Part shown: positions 1 through 12,238 of the stretch, in pieces
Numbering within the stretch: position 1 is the stretch's first letter
Layout: each line of letters begins with the position of its first letter
DNA from: Eledone cirrhosa
Lineage: Eukaryota
DNA: 64,000 bases
Reading direction: 5' to 3'
Assembly: GCA_964016885.1 (NCBI GenBank)
Contig: OZ024743.1
Span: 329,220,001 to 329,284,000, forward strand
Translations under genes and position numbers: made by a program
The notes under the pieces: model-generated
Told to the model about the DNA's origin: nothing
Database searches by the model: none
Seen by the model: only the letters and a program-made list of their open reading frames with translations

Positions 1-629
1 ACTCTAAAAACCGGTTTGTCTGTGTGTTTACATACAGAATAGCTGGACACTCACAGTAAAGTGACCAGTGAAAAACTCGGTACATCTACATATGTACACG
101 TGTGTGTATTCATATGCATACTAGTATTTCAGTATACATATGTGGATGTACATTCTTAACTTAATTGTTTAAGCGTCAGTCATACAAAAGTGAGTTACAA
201 ACGAAACAAAATTTAATTTCGTTTCGTTATTTGTTTTTATCGTCTCCGTTGAACCGGTACGTACTCACGCTCTATGCAAATTAGTCTGCCCACTACTAAT
301 TTTCATAGAAAAAGCATATAACGATATGTGCTTTTACGATTCTCTAGAAAGGCCGGAAGATGGGTAAATATTGCTGATGAGATGTAACAACATCGAAACT
401 AGTACAATATTCCTTGTCTGGCTTTCTGGAGAATAGAGGAAAGGTGTTTCCTCAAAAACCAGTATGACTCTAAAAACCGGTTTGTCTGTGTGTTTACATA
501 CAGAATAGCTGGACACTCACAGTAAAGTGACCAGTGAAAAACTCGGTACATCTACATATGTACACGTGTGTGTATTCATATGCATACTAGTATTTCAGTA
601 TACATATGTGGATGTACATTCTTAACTTA

Positions 630-634
<5 letters not shown>
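1..634 (+). mobile_element. Tandem hammerhead-carrying non-coding unit (retrozyme / PLE pLTR-like), subfamily A1, ~466-nt period
   Basis: 1-168 is repeated at 467-634; contains the hammerhead at 367-411; ends in (TA)n; a near-identical monomer lies inverted at 28446-28911. Confidence 0.75.
367..411 (+). ncRNA. Minimal type-I hammerhead ribozyme (family A)
   Basis: aatattg-CTGATGA-gatgt(aaca)acatc-GAAA-ctagta-caatatt: 7-bp stem I, 5-bp stem II, palindromic ACTAGT stem III, intact core. Confidence 0.9.
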
Positions 635-682
<48 letters not shown>

Positions 683-684
<2 letters not shown>

Positions 685-780
685 TTGTTTCTACTTTAGG
701 CACAAGGCCAGCAATTACCCAGTGTATTACTGGTACTTTATTTTATCGACCCCGTAAGGATGAAAGGCAAAGTCAACCTT
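683..780 (-). mobile_element. tRNA-derived SINE, 3' part only
   Basis: Reverse complement of the 3' half of the SINE at 2543-2729. Confidence 0.75.
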
Positions 781-1072
781 AATGATTAGTGCTCTGAAAT
801 ACCGATGTAAACATGAAAGTATGTATGGTATATTTGGCAATATACCGTAAGTTTAGTTAAAAACATTTAGAAAACCATACGCTATCGGTTTTAAAGTAGT
901 GACTATGTCACTTACTTCTTTTCGGCGAAAGAAGGGACAGAAGCTAACAGTCTGTTTCACGTTGGTTGGCGTTCATCAGAGCCATTTACTCCCCTGCTTT
1001 CGCCGAAAATTATAAAAGCTGGATTCTTATAGAATTCCAGTAATAATCCGGAGCTGATTATACAGAGCGATA
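781..1072 (-). mobile_element. Hammerhead-carrying repeat, family B
   Basis: Closely similar to 11050-11305, 11326-11427 and (inverted) 11428-11613; contains the hammerhead at 942-983. Confidence 0.7.
942..983 (-). ncRNA. Minimal type-I hammerhead ribozyme (family B)
   Basis: Minus strand: ggct-CTGATGA-acgccaaccaacgt-GAAA-cagactgtt-agct; near-palindromic stem III ACAGACTGT. Confidence 0.75.
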
Positions 1073-1153
1073 CGATATATAATATGCTTGTCAAATGATC
1101 AACTAAATCACGCTAAGAATTTTTAGAAAAGCGGTAAGAATTTTTGTTACAAC

Positions 1154-1199
<46 letters not shown>

Positions 1200-1364
1200 A
1201 TTATTACTCCAAGATAAACTTACATAGGAATGCAAGAAAACTCATAAACTCGCCACCTACGGAAACCTCTTGTTGAGTCAAACAACGCCGTACGCTAAAT
1301 CTATCCACAATACGAAGTATTCACAACCTCTAACTGGATTACCTATAACGATATTTTGTTATCC

Positions 1365-1405
<41 letters not shown>

Positions 1406-1816
1406 GAGTTAAACAAGATTCAGTGATTACATCCCCTTTATCTTTCCCTTTCATTAATTATCTATCAGTTGCATTCTCAAGCCAAATACGTCTTCTTCTA
1501 TAGTCCTACAGTAGTATTTCACACTTTAAAATTTCTGTAACTGTTACATTAAGGCGATGTTTTTCTTACTCACAACCTCTCTATTGATTCTATTACGCTT
1601 TCCCATGTTCTCAATATTAGGGTATAAATATTGAGATTTTCTCATAAATTAATCACTACCTTGATTAAATCTTAACCATCTAACATGTCAGGGTATGTCA
1701 TGTATCATTTTATTTTATCTTATGAGGACGTACTGTTGAACCTGATTCAAATACCTCTAAAATATATATAATAAAATTTAATTGATCACAAGAATATCAA
1801 TTTTGTTAATATTTGA

Positions 1817-1883
<67 letters not shown>

Positions 1884-2014
1884 CAAGAAAGTAAGTGTTG
1901 GTAAAATGCAGTACTTCAGTATGCGGATAGGGAGCACTCAGCGACGATATAAGTTCCGGAGTTATAATAGTGACGAAACATAAGTCAATTGCATGAACTC
2001 ATAATCCTTTATTT

Positions 2015-2070
2015 ACTGCTATATATATTTCGATGATAGCCATTGAATGGCTATGACCTCATCAGGCAGT
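2015..2070 (-). ncRNA. Type-I hammerhead ribozyme (family C)
   Basis: Minus strand: actgc-CTGATGA-ggtcatagcc(attcaat)ggctatcatc-GAAA-tatatata-gcagt; stem I actgc/gcagt, stem III ATATATAT. Confidence 0.85.
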
Positions 2071-2149
2071 TAGTCAGTTCTTAGATATGCCAGCTCTGTG
2101 TTTATAGTGTTGATGGTATCAGAGCCTTGGGACATATATATATATATAT

Positions 2150-2209
2150 ATAGGAACGAGTAGGACCCCGACGGCTGAGCTCAGCCGTCGAGGTCCTACT
2201 CGTTCCTAT
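2150..2209. repeat. 60-bp near-perfect palindrome next to (TA)n
   Basis: ataggaacgagtaggaccccgacggctgag|ctcagccgtcgaggtcctactcgttcctat, one mismatch. Confidence 0.85.
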
Positions 2210-2286
2210 TACCCACTCTACTACCCTAAGTATTGAGTACTTTGGTGCGTTATGGTCCACCTGGTTCCTTACCACATTTCCTTCGT

Positions 2287-2374
<88 letters not shown>

Positions 2375-2381
2375 AGGGAGT

Positions 2382-2454
2382 GCTCTTGTATTGGCATGTA
2401 AACATGTAGATACAAGATCAAGAATGTTGAATGTTTACATGCCAATACAAGAGC
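2382..2454. repeat. Fold-back with 24-bp arms next to (TA)n
   Basis: gctcttgtattggcatgtaaacat ... atgtttacatgccaatacaagagc. Confidence 0.8.
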
Positions 2455-2542
2455 CAGAATGACGAGGTCATTCTACTGACAGCTTTAAAAGAGGCTGTTT
2501 GCATTATTGCAAACGAATCGAATATTATTATTAATATTCGAA

Positions 2543-2729
2543 GGGCGGTGAATTGGCAGTATTGGTAGAGGGTCGGACGCCATGCTTTGACGCATAGAAT
2601 TACGGCCCTTGCCATTCTGAGTTCAAATCCCGCCGAGGTTAACTTTGCCTTTCATCCTTATGGGGTCGATAAAATAAAGTACCAGTAATAAACTGGATAA
2701 TTGCTGGCCTTGTGCTAAGAGTAGAAACA
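2543..2729 (+). mobile_element. Full-length tRNA-derived SINE with 16-bp target-site duplication
   Basis: Box A-like tggcagtattggtag, box B gagttcaaatccc, conserved core gcctttcatcctta..gggtcgataaaataaagtaccag; attattaatattcgaa duplicated at 2527-2542 and 2730-2745. Confidence 0.85.
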
Positions 2730-2914
2730 ATTATTAATATTCGAAAATCTCAGATTACATTTATTGTACTCAGCCATGTAGAGCTATAAACTATTTGTTA
2801 GTGTTATATATATATATATATATATTTGTGGTAAGGTTGCTTGGATGCTTCCATAGGCCGTATGCCGGTTGAGCATTCTGTGCTCCTTCAGAGGATTTGC
2901 TTCGAAGTCGCTAG

Positions 2915-3010
2915 ACGTATCTGAGTAACTCGCGAATCCAGAGTCAGGTTCGATCACAAATAGAACACCTTGACCTTGAGCTGTTCGCCGGAGAAACAAT
3001 TGTAATACGT
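2915..3010 (+). ncRNA. Hammerhead-like motif with greatly extended stem II (family D), core mutated
   Basis: acgtat-CTGAGTA-~65 nt-GAAA-caattgta-atacgt; perfect stem I and palindromic stem III ACAATTGT; homologous to 11820-11915. Confidence 0.6.
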
Positions 3011-3056
3011 TAATAAATTGTGTTTCGATGCATCACTGATTCTTCGTTTTCCATAT

Positions 3057-3157
<101 letters not shown>

Positions 3158-3471
3158 CGCTGAAGTAATCTAAACAAGATAGAAACGTCAGTTGCTTACG
3201 CGTATTGACAGTAACAGTATTATTAAAAAAATATATTTGGATTACCTATTATTATTAGAGTTATCTCTCTTGATTTGTCAACATTTACTGTTCGAATTGC
3301 AAGGATAATAGGCGTTTTTTTCCATTCACGATATTACATACGTGACAGTTTACCATCTACGTGTTTGTGTGTGTATGTGTGTGTATGTGATATTTATTAT
3401 TAATAGTGACAGTTTACGTCTACGTTATTTCAAAGTTGCTTTAATTTAGTAAATATTGAATTGAGTCTATA

Positions 3472-3571
<100 letters not shown>

Positions 3572-3656
3572 AAAAGGTAAACAGAAATAACAACACAATC
3601 GGTACAGTATATGGAAAGGATATATTAGGTTAACGCTTGATATAGCAGGAAGAGGA

Positions 3657-3690
3657 TGTTAATGTTTCGGACGCGAGTCCTTCATCAGAA
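3657..3690 (-). ncRNA. Minimal hammerhead core (family E, PLE-type)
   Basis: Minus strand: tt-CTGATGA-aggac(tcgc)gtcc-GAAAC-attaac; stems I and III weak. Confidence 0.55.
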
Positions 3691-3885
3691 GAAAGAATGT
3701 GAAATAAGATCGATTGAGGGGACGGGAGGGTTTGAATTGGAAAAATGTCTTTAGATAAAAATAACAGGTCCATTCATGTTGACATCTCTTGCAAAACTGT
3801 TGGTGCTGGGGTTTTGTGTATGATTTATTTTTATATATGCAATATATATGTTGGCTGCAACTCGATTTCGAGTAATGATTGACAC

Positions 3886-4550
3886 TTAAGCATGACCAGC
3901 ACGAACGTGATGTTTTAGTCCTGCTAGGGACTTGCACACTCTTGCACAGATGTTGTAACAATGGAGTCCTCTCGCAGTAGGTTTTTGTTGAACATTGAAA
4001 TGACATTTCAGTCCACCAACCGAGACACACTCTTTTCCACACCCCACATAAGCAGAAATGCCATACAATGCACAGTTGTCCGTGTTCCCGTGTGCGTGTG
4101 TACGTGACTGCTAAAGCGCGTCTTACTTAGACATAACCGGCCACATTTATTACAGGTTAAATCAACCTATATGCCAAGATATTTAGACAAGCCAAACGCA
4201 AGGTCCTTACGAGCACACAGCTTGAGCTGTTCATGCTCAACACGGTTTCTTTCAAATTCTCCCTTCCCATTATGCACTGCCTTCCTCGGGAAAGTCAATC
4301 CAGAGCGAGGTTCTCCCAGTCATTCTCCGATATTTTCATCTTCCTCAGTCTACTTTTAATACAATACCTTTACCCCAATTTGATTCGAGTGCCGATCGTT
4401 TCGCTTCTACCAGCTCACCATACAGGAACTGCCTAGGAATGCAAGCATCGTCCATTCTCAGTACATGGCCACTCTATCTTAATCGATGTTGAAATATGAG
4501 AGACTCTAGATTGGTAGACCAACTGCGTTCGAGGATTTCAGTGTCGCTCA
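3886..4550 (-). pseudogene. Degenerate 3' fragment of an RTE LINE with C2H2-type fingers
   Basis: Minus-strand peptides RMDDACIPRQFLYGELV, CGKECVSVGGLKCH and CARVCKSLAGLKHH parallel the C-terminus of 18168-19484. Confidence 0.7.
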
Positions 4551-5207
4551 CTTACACACACACACACACACGTGCACACACACACTCACACACATACACA
4601 CACACAACTATATATATATACTCTTTTACTAGTTCCAGCCGACAAGCTGAGGCCATGCTGGGGCACGGCCATTGAAGCTACACTTTCTATCGCCAGCCTA
4701 CATTAGTGTAAGAGGAAGTGTGTTGGTATCGACCTTATTTGGGATTCACCTCATGCTGTGGGGTTATCTAGAATCTTGATTCGCAGAATGTTTATATATA
4801 TAGATATATATGCTGTATATATGGTGTATATATGATGTATATATGATGTATATATGGTGTATATATGGTGTGTATATAGTGTATATATAAGGGTTACTTT
4901 CTGTAGCACTGTAATATGTGTGTTATTTGTAACGTGTGATTCCAAGTTTTCTGCTTATCACACACACACACAAACACACACACACACACATATATATATA
5001 TATGTATATATGGCGGCGAATATATATAGTGTGTATATAACAGCCTAGTTTCTGTAATACTGTAATGGTTTTGGTGTTGTGTAACGTGTGATTCTGTTCA
5101 TTGTTTATTACACCCCCCCCCTCATATATATATATATATATATTGTATATGTGTATATATATATATATATATTTATATATAAATATATATATGTATATAT
5201 ATATATT

Positions 5208-5291
<84 letters not shown>

Positions 5292-5313
5292 TATATATGT
5301 ATATATATATATT

Positions 5314-5357
<44 letters not shown>

Positions 5358-5399
5358 CAATATATATATATTTACGTACGACCTACCATACATCTTGCT

Positions 5400-5462
<63 letters not shown>

Positions 5463-5822
5463 TATAGTGCATATATAACGGCCTAGTTTCTTTAGTACTG
5501 TAATAGTTTTGTTGTTTAAAACGTGTGGTTTCATGACGTTTAAGCAGCTCACACCCTGGAGAAGTATTTCTGGTTACGCCTTTTCAAAATACTCCAAATT
5601 TCGCTCACAAAAACAGAGACAAACTGTACATCCTTAGACACACAGACACACACATGTACAGACACATATACAGAGACCCACTAACACGAACATATATACC
5701 TACACAAACGTATATATGTATATATATATATATATATATATACATATATATTCATACGTTTGTGTATATATATAGAGAGAGATATATATATGCATATGTG
5801 CATATATATATATATATATATT

Positions 5823-6476
5823 CAGTTGTCCCCTGGTATTCGCGGGGGTTACGTTCCTGGAGAACCCACAAAGAGGGGGAAACCACGAATACTGGACGTG
5901 GTCCTCCATAAATATGCCTATAAACGTCTTATGCGAAGAGCCGTCCAATAGGCCGGCAAATACGGTATATCGTTATTAATAATTTAGCGTGGATTGGCAG
6001 TATCGGTAGAGGGTCGGACGCCATACTTTGACGCATAGAGTTACGGCCCTTGCCATTCTGAGTTCAAATCCCGCCGAGGTTAACTTTGCCTTTCATCCTT
6101 ATGGGGTCGATAAAATAAAGTACCAGTAATACACTGGGTAATTGCTGGTCTTGTGCCAAATGTAGAAACAGTTATTAATATTTCGTTTCTGAATTTGTTT
6201 AGCAAGATTCTTTATCTGAAAACGTGTGTTGAAACCGATATTGTTATACTTTGGGAGGGTCATGTTGCCAATATGAGGGTCATGTTGGCAACATGAGCCT
6301 CCCAAAGTATAACAATAGTTATTAATAATTTAGCGTAAAACTAATATATATTGCCACGAAAAAAGCCATAAAATATCGCGGAAGATATTTCCGATTCCGT
6401 GAATATGGGGTGGTTTCCACGAAAAATTATTAGTTAGGTTCTAAGGAAATTTCCGCCAAATGCTGGATGTACACTG
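5823..6476. mobile_element. Tigger/pogo-like MITE interrupted by a SINE
   Basis: Starts cagttgtcccctggtattcgcggggg (MER2/Tigger-like terminus, recalled); ends with degenerate complement ...ggatgtacactg followed by TA. Confidence 0.5.
5989..6178 (+). mobile_element. tRNA-derived SINE, full length
   Basis: Same family as 2543-2729, with A and B boxes. Confidence 0.85.
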
Positions 6477-6543
6477 TATATACATATATACATAGATACA
6501 TACCTACATACACACACATATATATATATATATACATATATAC

Positions 6544-6586
<43 letters not shown>

Positions 6587-6618
6587 TATATAGATACATA
6601 TAAACATATATATATATA

Positions 6619-6706
<88 letters not shown>

Positions 6707-6762
6707 ATGTTTAAGTATCGAGAGAGAGAAAAAGGGAAGAGATGAGCGATACATATATTTAG

Positions 6763-6855
<93 letters not shown>

Positions 6856-7378
6856 AGAATAGAGGTGTAACACACAAGTTATTATATATTGGTAAACGGA
6901 ATAGAAAATGCTGACAAATTGTTCACAGTGAAAAATAGTTTAATTAGGAATAAGTGAGAATTAGTAATTGTATTGGTTAGTATTCAGTTTTGGTTTTAGG
7001 TTTTACCGGTTGCGCATTTCTAATGCTTTCCAAAAATAATTTTGAGATAGAACGTCCGTGTTCTTTGCTCTGATCTGATTAGTTTTGGGAATTCTACCTG
7101 TTTTTATGTTAAAAAAGTGGCTCCAGCGGTATTAAAATAAATTTTGCGCCAATTCGTGTTGCAAAAATTCTTGTGGTCAAAACAATTTTGATTGGTCGGT
7201 AGAGGTCATGTGAATGTAAAAAATTGATTTTGCGCCAAATGTAGGTTTGTGTCGGCTGACTGAGAAATGACTCTTTCACCACAAATATGTGTGTGTGTGT
7301 GTGTGTAGTAGTAGTAGTAGTAAAGTGTTCGTTGTTGTGATAATGGTCAGCAGGGTTGTGTGTGCGAACCGCAGCCTG

Positions 7379-9448
7379 GACAATGAGGATGAATCATTAG
7401 CCAGAAATAGAAGCAATTACACCCCATCAAAAGGTAAAAATAAAATCCTGGACGAATTCTGTGAACACATCACAAACTTCCCTTACCAACACTTGTACAG
7501 ACAAAAACACAAGCCAAACCTCCACAAGAAAGAATGGGAAGAATTAAATAGATTAAAAACCGACTGAAACATTACAATTAAAGAGGCTGATAAAGGGGGT
7601 ACAGTAGTCCTAATGGAGACAGAATTCTATATCAACTTAGCGCTCTCCACTTTGGAAAACGAAACATACTACGAAAAGGCTGAACACTACAATCAACAGA
7701 AAATTATGAGAAACCTAAAAACTCTGATGAACCAATACAAAGAAGGACTCACTAACAAGGAATTCAGCTTCATCACAGACTTCACAAGTAAATCCAGCCT
7801 TTTCTACGGTATCCCTAAAGTACATAAAAGCGAATTAATAAGTAAGGCATGCAAGGAAGCCACAGACATAGTCATCAATGTCCCCTCACCCAATGATCTC
7901 AAATTAAGACCTATAATAGCAGGCCCCGCTTGCGAAACCCACCGCCTTAGCAACTTCATTGATACCCTTCTCAAACCCTTTCTCAAACACATCAAAAGCT
8001 ATATAAGGGACGACCTAGATATTCTCAATCACCTCCCTAATATGCCACTTTCTGAACAAACCCTACTAGTGACGTTCGATGTAGTCAACCTATACTCCAA
8101 CATCCCCCACAACCTAGGAATAGAAGCTATCCAATTCTGGCTGGATAATTTCCACAATGAACTCCCACAACGCATCAAAAAAGAATTCGTGATAGAGGGA
8201 CTCAAATTTATCTTGGAGAACAATTACTTCGTTTTCAATAACAAACCCTACAGGCAGAAATCTGGGATCGCTATGGGAACGAAAACAGCCCCCACTTATG
8301 CCAACCTAGTCATGAGATACCTAGAAATCACCCTAAACAAATTTGGAAACACTCTCCACTTACACATAGAAAGGAACTGGAAGCGATATCTAGATGACTG
8401 CTTCATCCTTTGGCACGAAAACATCGAGAAACTTAAAGAATTTCACACCCTTATAAATGGGCTCAACACGAATATTAACTTCACGATGGAATACAGCCAT
8501 CAACAACTCCCCTTCCTCGACATCCTCATTAAGATCCATAACAAAAAAATAGAAACAGACATATACTACAAGCCCACAGACTCCAAGCAATATCTTCCTT
8601 TCAACTCTTGCCACCCTAGACACGTTAAAATTAATATTCCCTACAACTTAGCCAAGAGAATCTGTACTATAGTCTCCAATAAAAACACCTGCTACTTACG
8701 GCTACAAGAACTAAAGGACACACTCATAGGCAGGGACTACCTTGCATCACTAATTGACAATGGAATCCAACGTACCTTAAAACTCAGTACCCAGGACCTT
8801 AGACACCCTAAAGTAAATCAACCGAAACTAAAAGCTCTTCCATACATGTCCACACACAACCCCCTCAACAATGAGGCCTTTGACACCATCCTCCAGAACA
8901 TCCCTGTGTTGAAAAAGGACCATAGAATGAACCAAATCCTACAAACATACGATATCATAAAGAGCAAAAGACAATCTAAGTCAATGAAAAACATCCTGAC
9001 ACATGCCAAAGTACTGCCAACCACAACAACGAAACCCACAGTAAAAAAATGCGATAGACCCAACTGTGGCATATGCATTAACCTAATAGAGGGTTCGAAA
9101 TTCTATTTCAAAGAAGGACAACGTTTTATAGTAAAACACAATTTCACATGCGCATCAGAAAATCTAATATATGTATTAACTTGCTCAGGTTGTCGAGAAC
9201 AATACATAGGCCAGACCAAAAACAGCCTCCGCCAACGCATGACTGTCCATAGATCCCAAATTAAAATACGGGAATACAGGAAAATACCACTGAGTGAACA
9301 CATTGATACCTGTGTCGCCCAAAATCATCCCAACTTCAGAATCTTTCCCCTCTACAAATTTAAAGATAATTCCACCCACACCCAGCGCATCAGCAAGGAA
9401 TTTTACTTTATTAACAAATACGGACCCCGTCTAAACACTTCTCCCTAA
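7379..9448 (+). CDS. PLE polyprotein (RT, Cys linker, GIY-YIG endonuclease); one in-frame TGA at 7565-7567, open from 7568 to 9448
   Basis: ADKGG, LRPIIAG, FDVVNLYSNI, GIAMGT..APTYANL, RYLDD, LPFLD, CxxxxCxxC linker, NLIY..YIGQT, RQRMTVH, terminal LN. Confidence 0.9.
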
Positions 9449-9654
9449 GACGAACCCACAACATACACACGTCAACATACATACCTACATCAGCACACAT
9501 CTCTACCCACATATAAACACAATGACATACGTAAACACACATGTTCTATGGTGCAACACAAATATACACAAATTTGCATACCTTTTGATGTCTATAGATA
9601 TAAACGTGCCGACACACATACATAAACGCACATATGCATTGCACACTGATGGGC

Positions 9655-10010
9655 ACATACATTTTTGTGCACAGGTATTCCAATACAGCAAACCCTAATG
9701 AATTCCCCTTGCAGTACGTGCAATCTGGACACACTCTAGATACATATTTGTACACAGGTATACAATTTCTGGACACACTCCAGATACATGTGTACAATTT
9801 GTGCACAGGTGTACAGTTTGTGCACAGGTATACAATTTCTGGACACACTCCAGATACATATTTGTGCCCAGGTATTCCAATACGGCAAGGCCTTACAATC
9901 TGGACACACTCCAGATACATATTTGTGCACAGGTATACAATTTCTGGACACAGGTATTCCAATACGGCAGGGCCTAAGGGATCCCCTTTCAGTACGTACA
10001 ATCTGGACAC
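9655..10010. repeat. Degenerate ~45-70-bp repeats in the PLE 3' region
   Basis: caggtatacaatttctggacacactccagatacatatttgtgcac recurs about four times. Confidence 0.7.
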
Positions 10011-10388
10011 ACACACACACTCACACACACCTTGGTATTATGCCAATACTATATATCATTTCACACCTTTTATTATTAAGGTTTTTGATGTTCTATTGAG
10101 AGAATCGTTTTTACTGAAAATATCGAATAATGTACACCATTCTACCAGGAAAAAAATACTGGTCCAACCACACACACACACACACACACATTCTCACACA
10201 CACACACACACACATATATACACATACACATACACACGCGTACATTAACATACAAAGAGACATATACACACACACACACTTCTCCGTATAAGACAAGAGC
10301 TGAAAAATATCTTTTAACATGTTAAAATATCCCCCACTCACTTACAGACACATTCCTACTGACCATCCCTCTACCACGAATTACTCTG

Positions 10389-10449
<61 letters not shown>

Positions 10450-10964
10450 CACTTGTCTTAATAGGCATTTGAACTGTCAACAGGCTACGGTTCGCACACA
10501 CAACCCTGCTGACCATTATCACAACAACGAACACTTTACTACTACTACTACTACACACACACACACACATATTTGTGGTGAAAGAGTCATTTCTCAGTCA
10601 GCCGACACAAACCTACATTTGGCGCAAAATCAATTTTTTACATTCACATGACCTCTACCGACCAATCAAAATTGTTTTGACCACAAGAATTTTTGCAACA
10701 CGAATTGGCGCAAAATTTATTTTAATACCGCTGGAGCCACTTTTTTAACATAAAAACAGGTAGAATTCCCAAAACTAATCAGATCAGAGCAAACATCACG
10801 GACGCTCTATCTCAAAATTATTTTTGAAAAGCATTAGAAATGCGCAACCGGTAAAACTTAAAACCAAAACTGAATACTAACCAATACACTTACTAATTCT
10901 CACTTATTCCTAATTAAACTATTTTTCACTGTGAACAATTTGTCAGCATTTTCTATTCCGTTTA

Positions 10965-11049
<85 letters not shown>

Positions 11050-11052
<3 letters not shown>

Positions 11053-11613
11053 TATGTATAGTATATTTGACAATATACCGTATGTTCAATTAAAAACATT
11101 TAGAAGACCATACGCTGTCAGTTTTAAAGTAGTGACTATGTCACTTACTTCTTTTCGGCGAAATAAGGGAAAGAAGCTAACAGTCTGTTTCACTCTGGTT
11201 GGCGTTCATCAGAACCACGTACTCCCTGCTTTCGCCGAAAATTATAGAAGTTGAATTCTTATAGAATTCCAGTAATAATCAGGAGCTGATTATACAGAGC
11301 GATTGCCGGTCCAGCAAAAATTATGTATTAGGATTGGTGCTCTGAAATAGCGATGTATACATGAATGTATGTATAATATATTTGGCAATATACCGTTTGT
11401 TTAATTAAAATATTTTGAAGACCATACAGCGTGAAACAGACTGTTAGCTTCTCTCCCGTCTTTCGCCGAAAAGAAGTAAGTGACATAGTCACTACTTTAA
11501 AACTGATAGCGTCTGGTCTTCTAAATGTTTTTAATTAAACATACGGTATATTGTTAAATATACCATACATACATTCATGTATACATCGCTATTTCAGAGC
11601 ACCAATCCTAATA
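11050..11613. mobile_element. Family-B hammerhead repeat in tandem and inverted arrangement
   Basis: Minus copies at 11050-11305 and 11326-11427, plus copy at 11428-11613; flanked by (TA)n. Confidence 0.75.
11175..11216 (-). ncRNA. Minimal type-I hammerhead ribozyme (family B)
   Basis: Minus strand: ggtt-CTGATGA-acgccaaccagagt-GAAA-cagactgtt-agct. Confidence 0.7.
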
Positions 11614-11679
<66 letters not shown>

Positions 11680-11684
<5 letters not shown>

Positions 11685-11962
11685 AGAAAAAAGAGAATCA
11701 GTGTTGCGATGAAAGGAATTTATTGGACATATAAATGTTTCTCGGGCGACCATCTCGAGGCACAATCGATGTGGTGATCACACCTGACTGTGAAATCAAC
11801 AGATTCGAAGCAGAATCGAGACGTATCTGACGACCGTGTTGATTTCACAGTCAGGTTTGATCACCATATCGATCGTGCCTCGAGCTGGTCGCCCGAGAAA
11901 CATTTGTAATATGTCCAATAAATTCCTTTCGTCGCAACACTGATTCTCTTTTTTCTGTGATA
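11680..11962. mobile_element. Family-D repeat with 5' inversion
   Basis: 11680-11801 is the reverse complement of 11837-11962; (TA)n on the left and shortly downstream. Confidence 0.75.
11820..11915 (+). ncRNA. Hammerhead with ~63-nt stem II domain (family D)
   Basis: gacgtat-CTGACGA-...-GAAA-catttgta-atatgtc; intact core, stem I with one G-U pair. Confidence 0.7.
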
Positions 11963-12036
11963 TCATACTCTGCTCTACGAGGGCATTGAGTGCTCATACG
12001 GCCTACCGCATACGGACGCTTTAAGCATCCAACACC

Positions 12037-12089
<53 letters not shown>

Positions 12090-12206
12090 GTATATACCCA
12101 TACTCTACTAAGGTATGGAGTATCTTCTTTAATTGTGGTCACCTCTCGATGCACATCATATATATAAATTCATACATACATATATGTGTGTGTGTGTGTG
12201 TGCATG

Positions 12207-12238
<32 letters not shown>

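Larger units (their letters stand above)
6883..10975 (+). mobile_element. Penelope-like element (Neptune-like), 5'-truncated, with inverted upstream pseudo-LTR
   Basis: 6883-7378 is the reverse complement of 10481-10975; the RT-GIY-YIG ORF lies between; (TA)n at or near both ends. Confidence 0.9.

Noticed and set aside
2543-2640. tRNA genes
   Set aside because: A and B boxes belong to SINE heads; no complete cloverleaf
4751-6873. ORFs rich in YI, HT and CV repeats, here and throughout the window
   Set aside because: Translations of (TA)n, (CA)n and (TACA)n microsatellites
7565-7567. Selenocysteine read-through of the in-frame TGA, as reported for Naiad PLEs
   Set aside because: Single TGA at a non-Cys-like position, most simply CGA to TGA decay; the element has a C-terminal endonuclease and no SECIS was recognised
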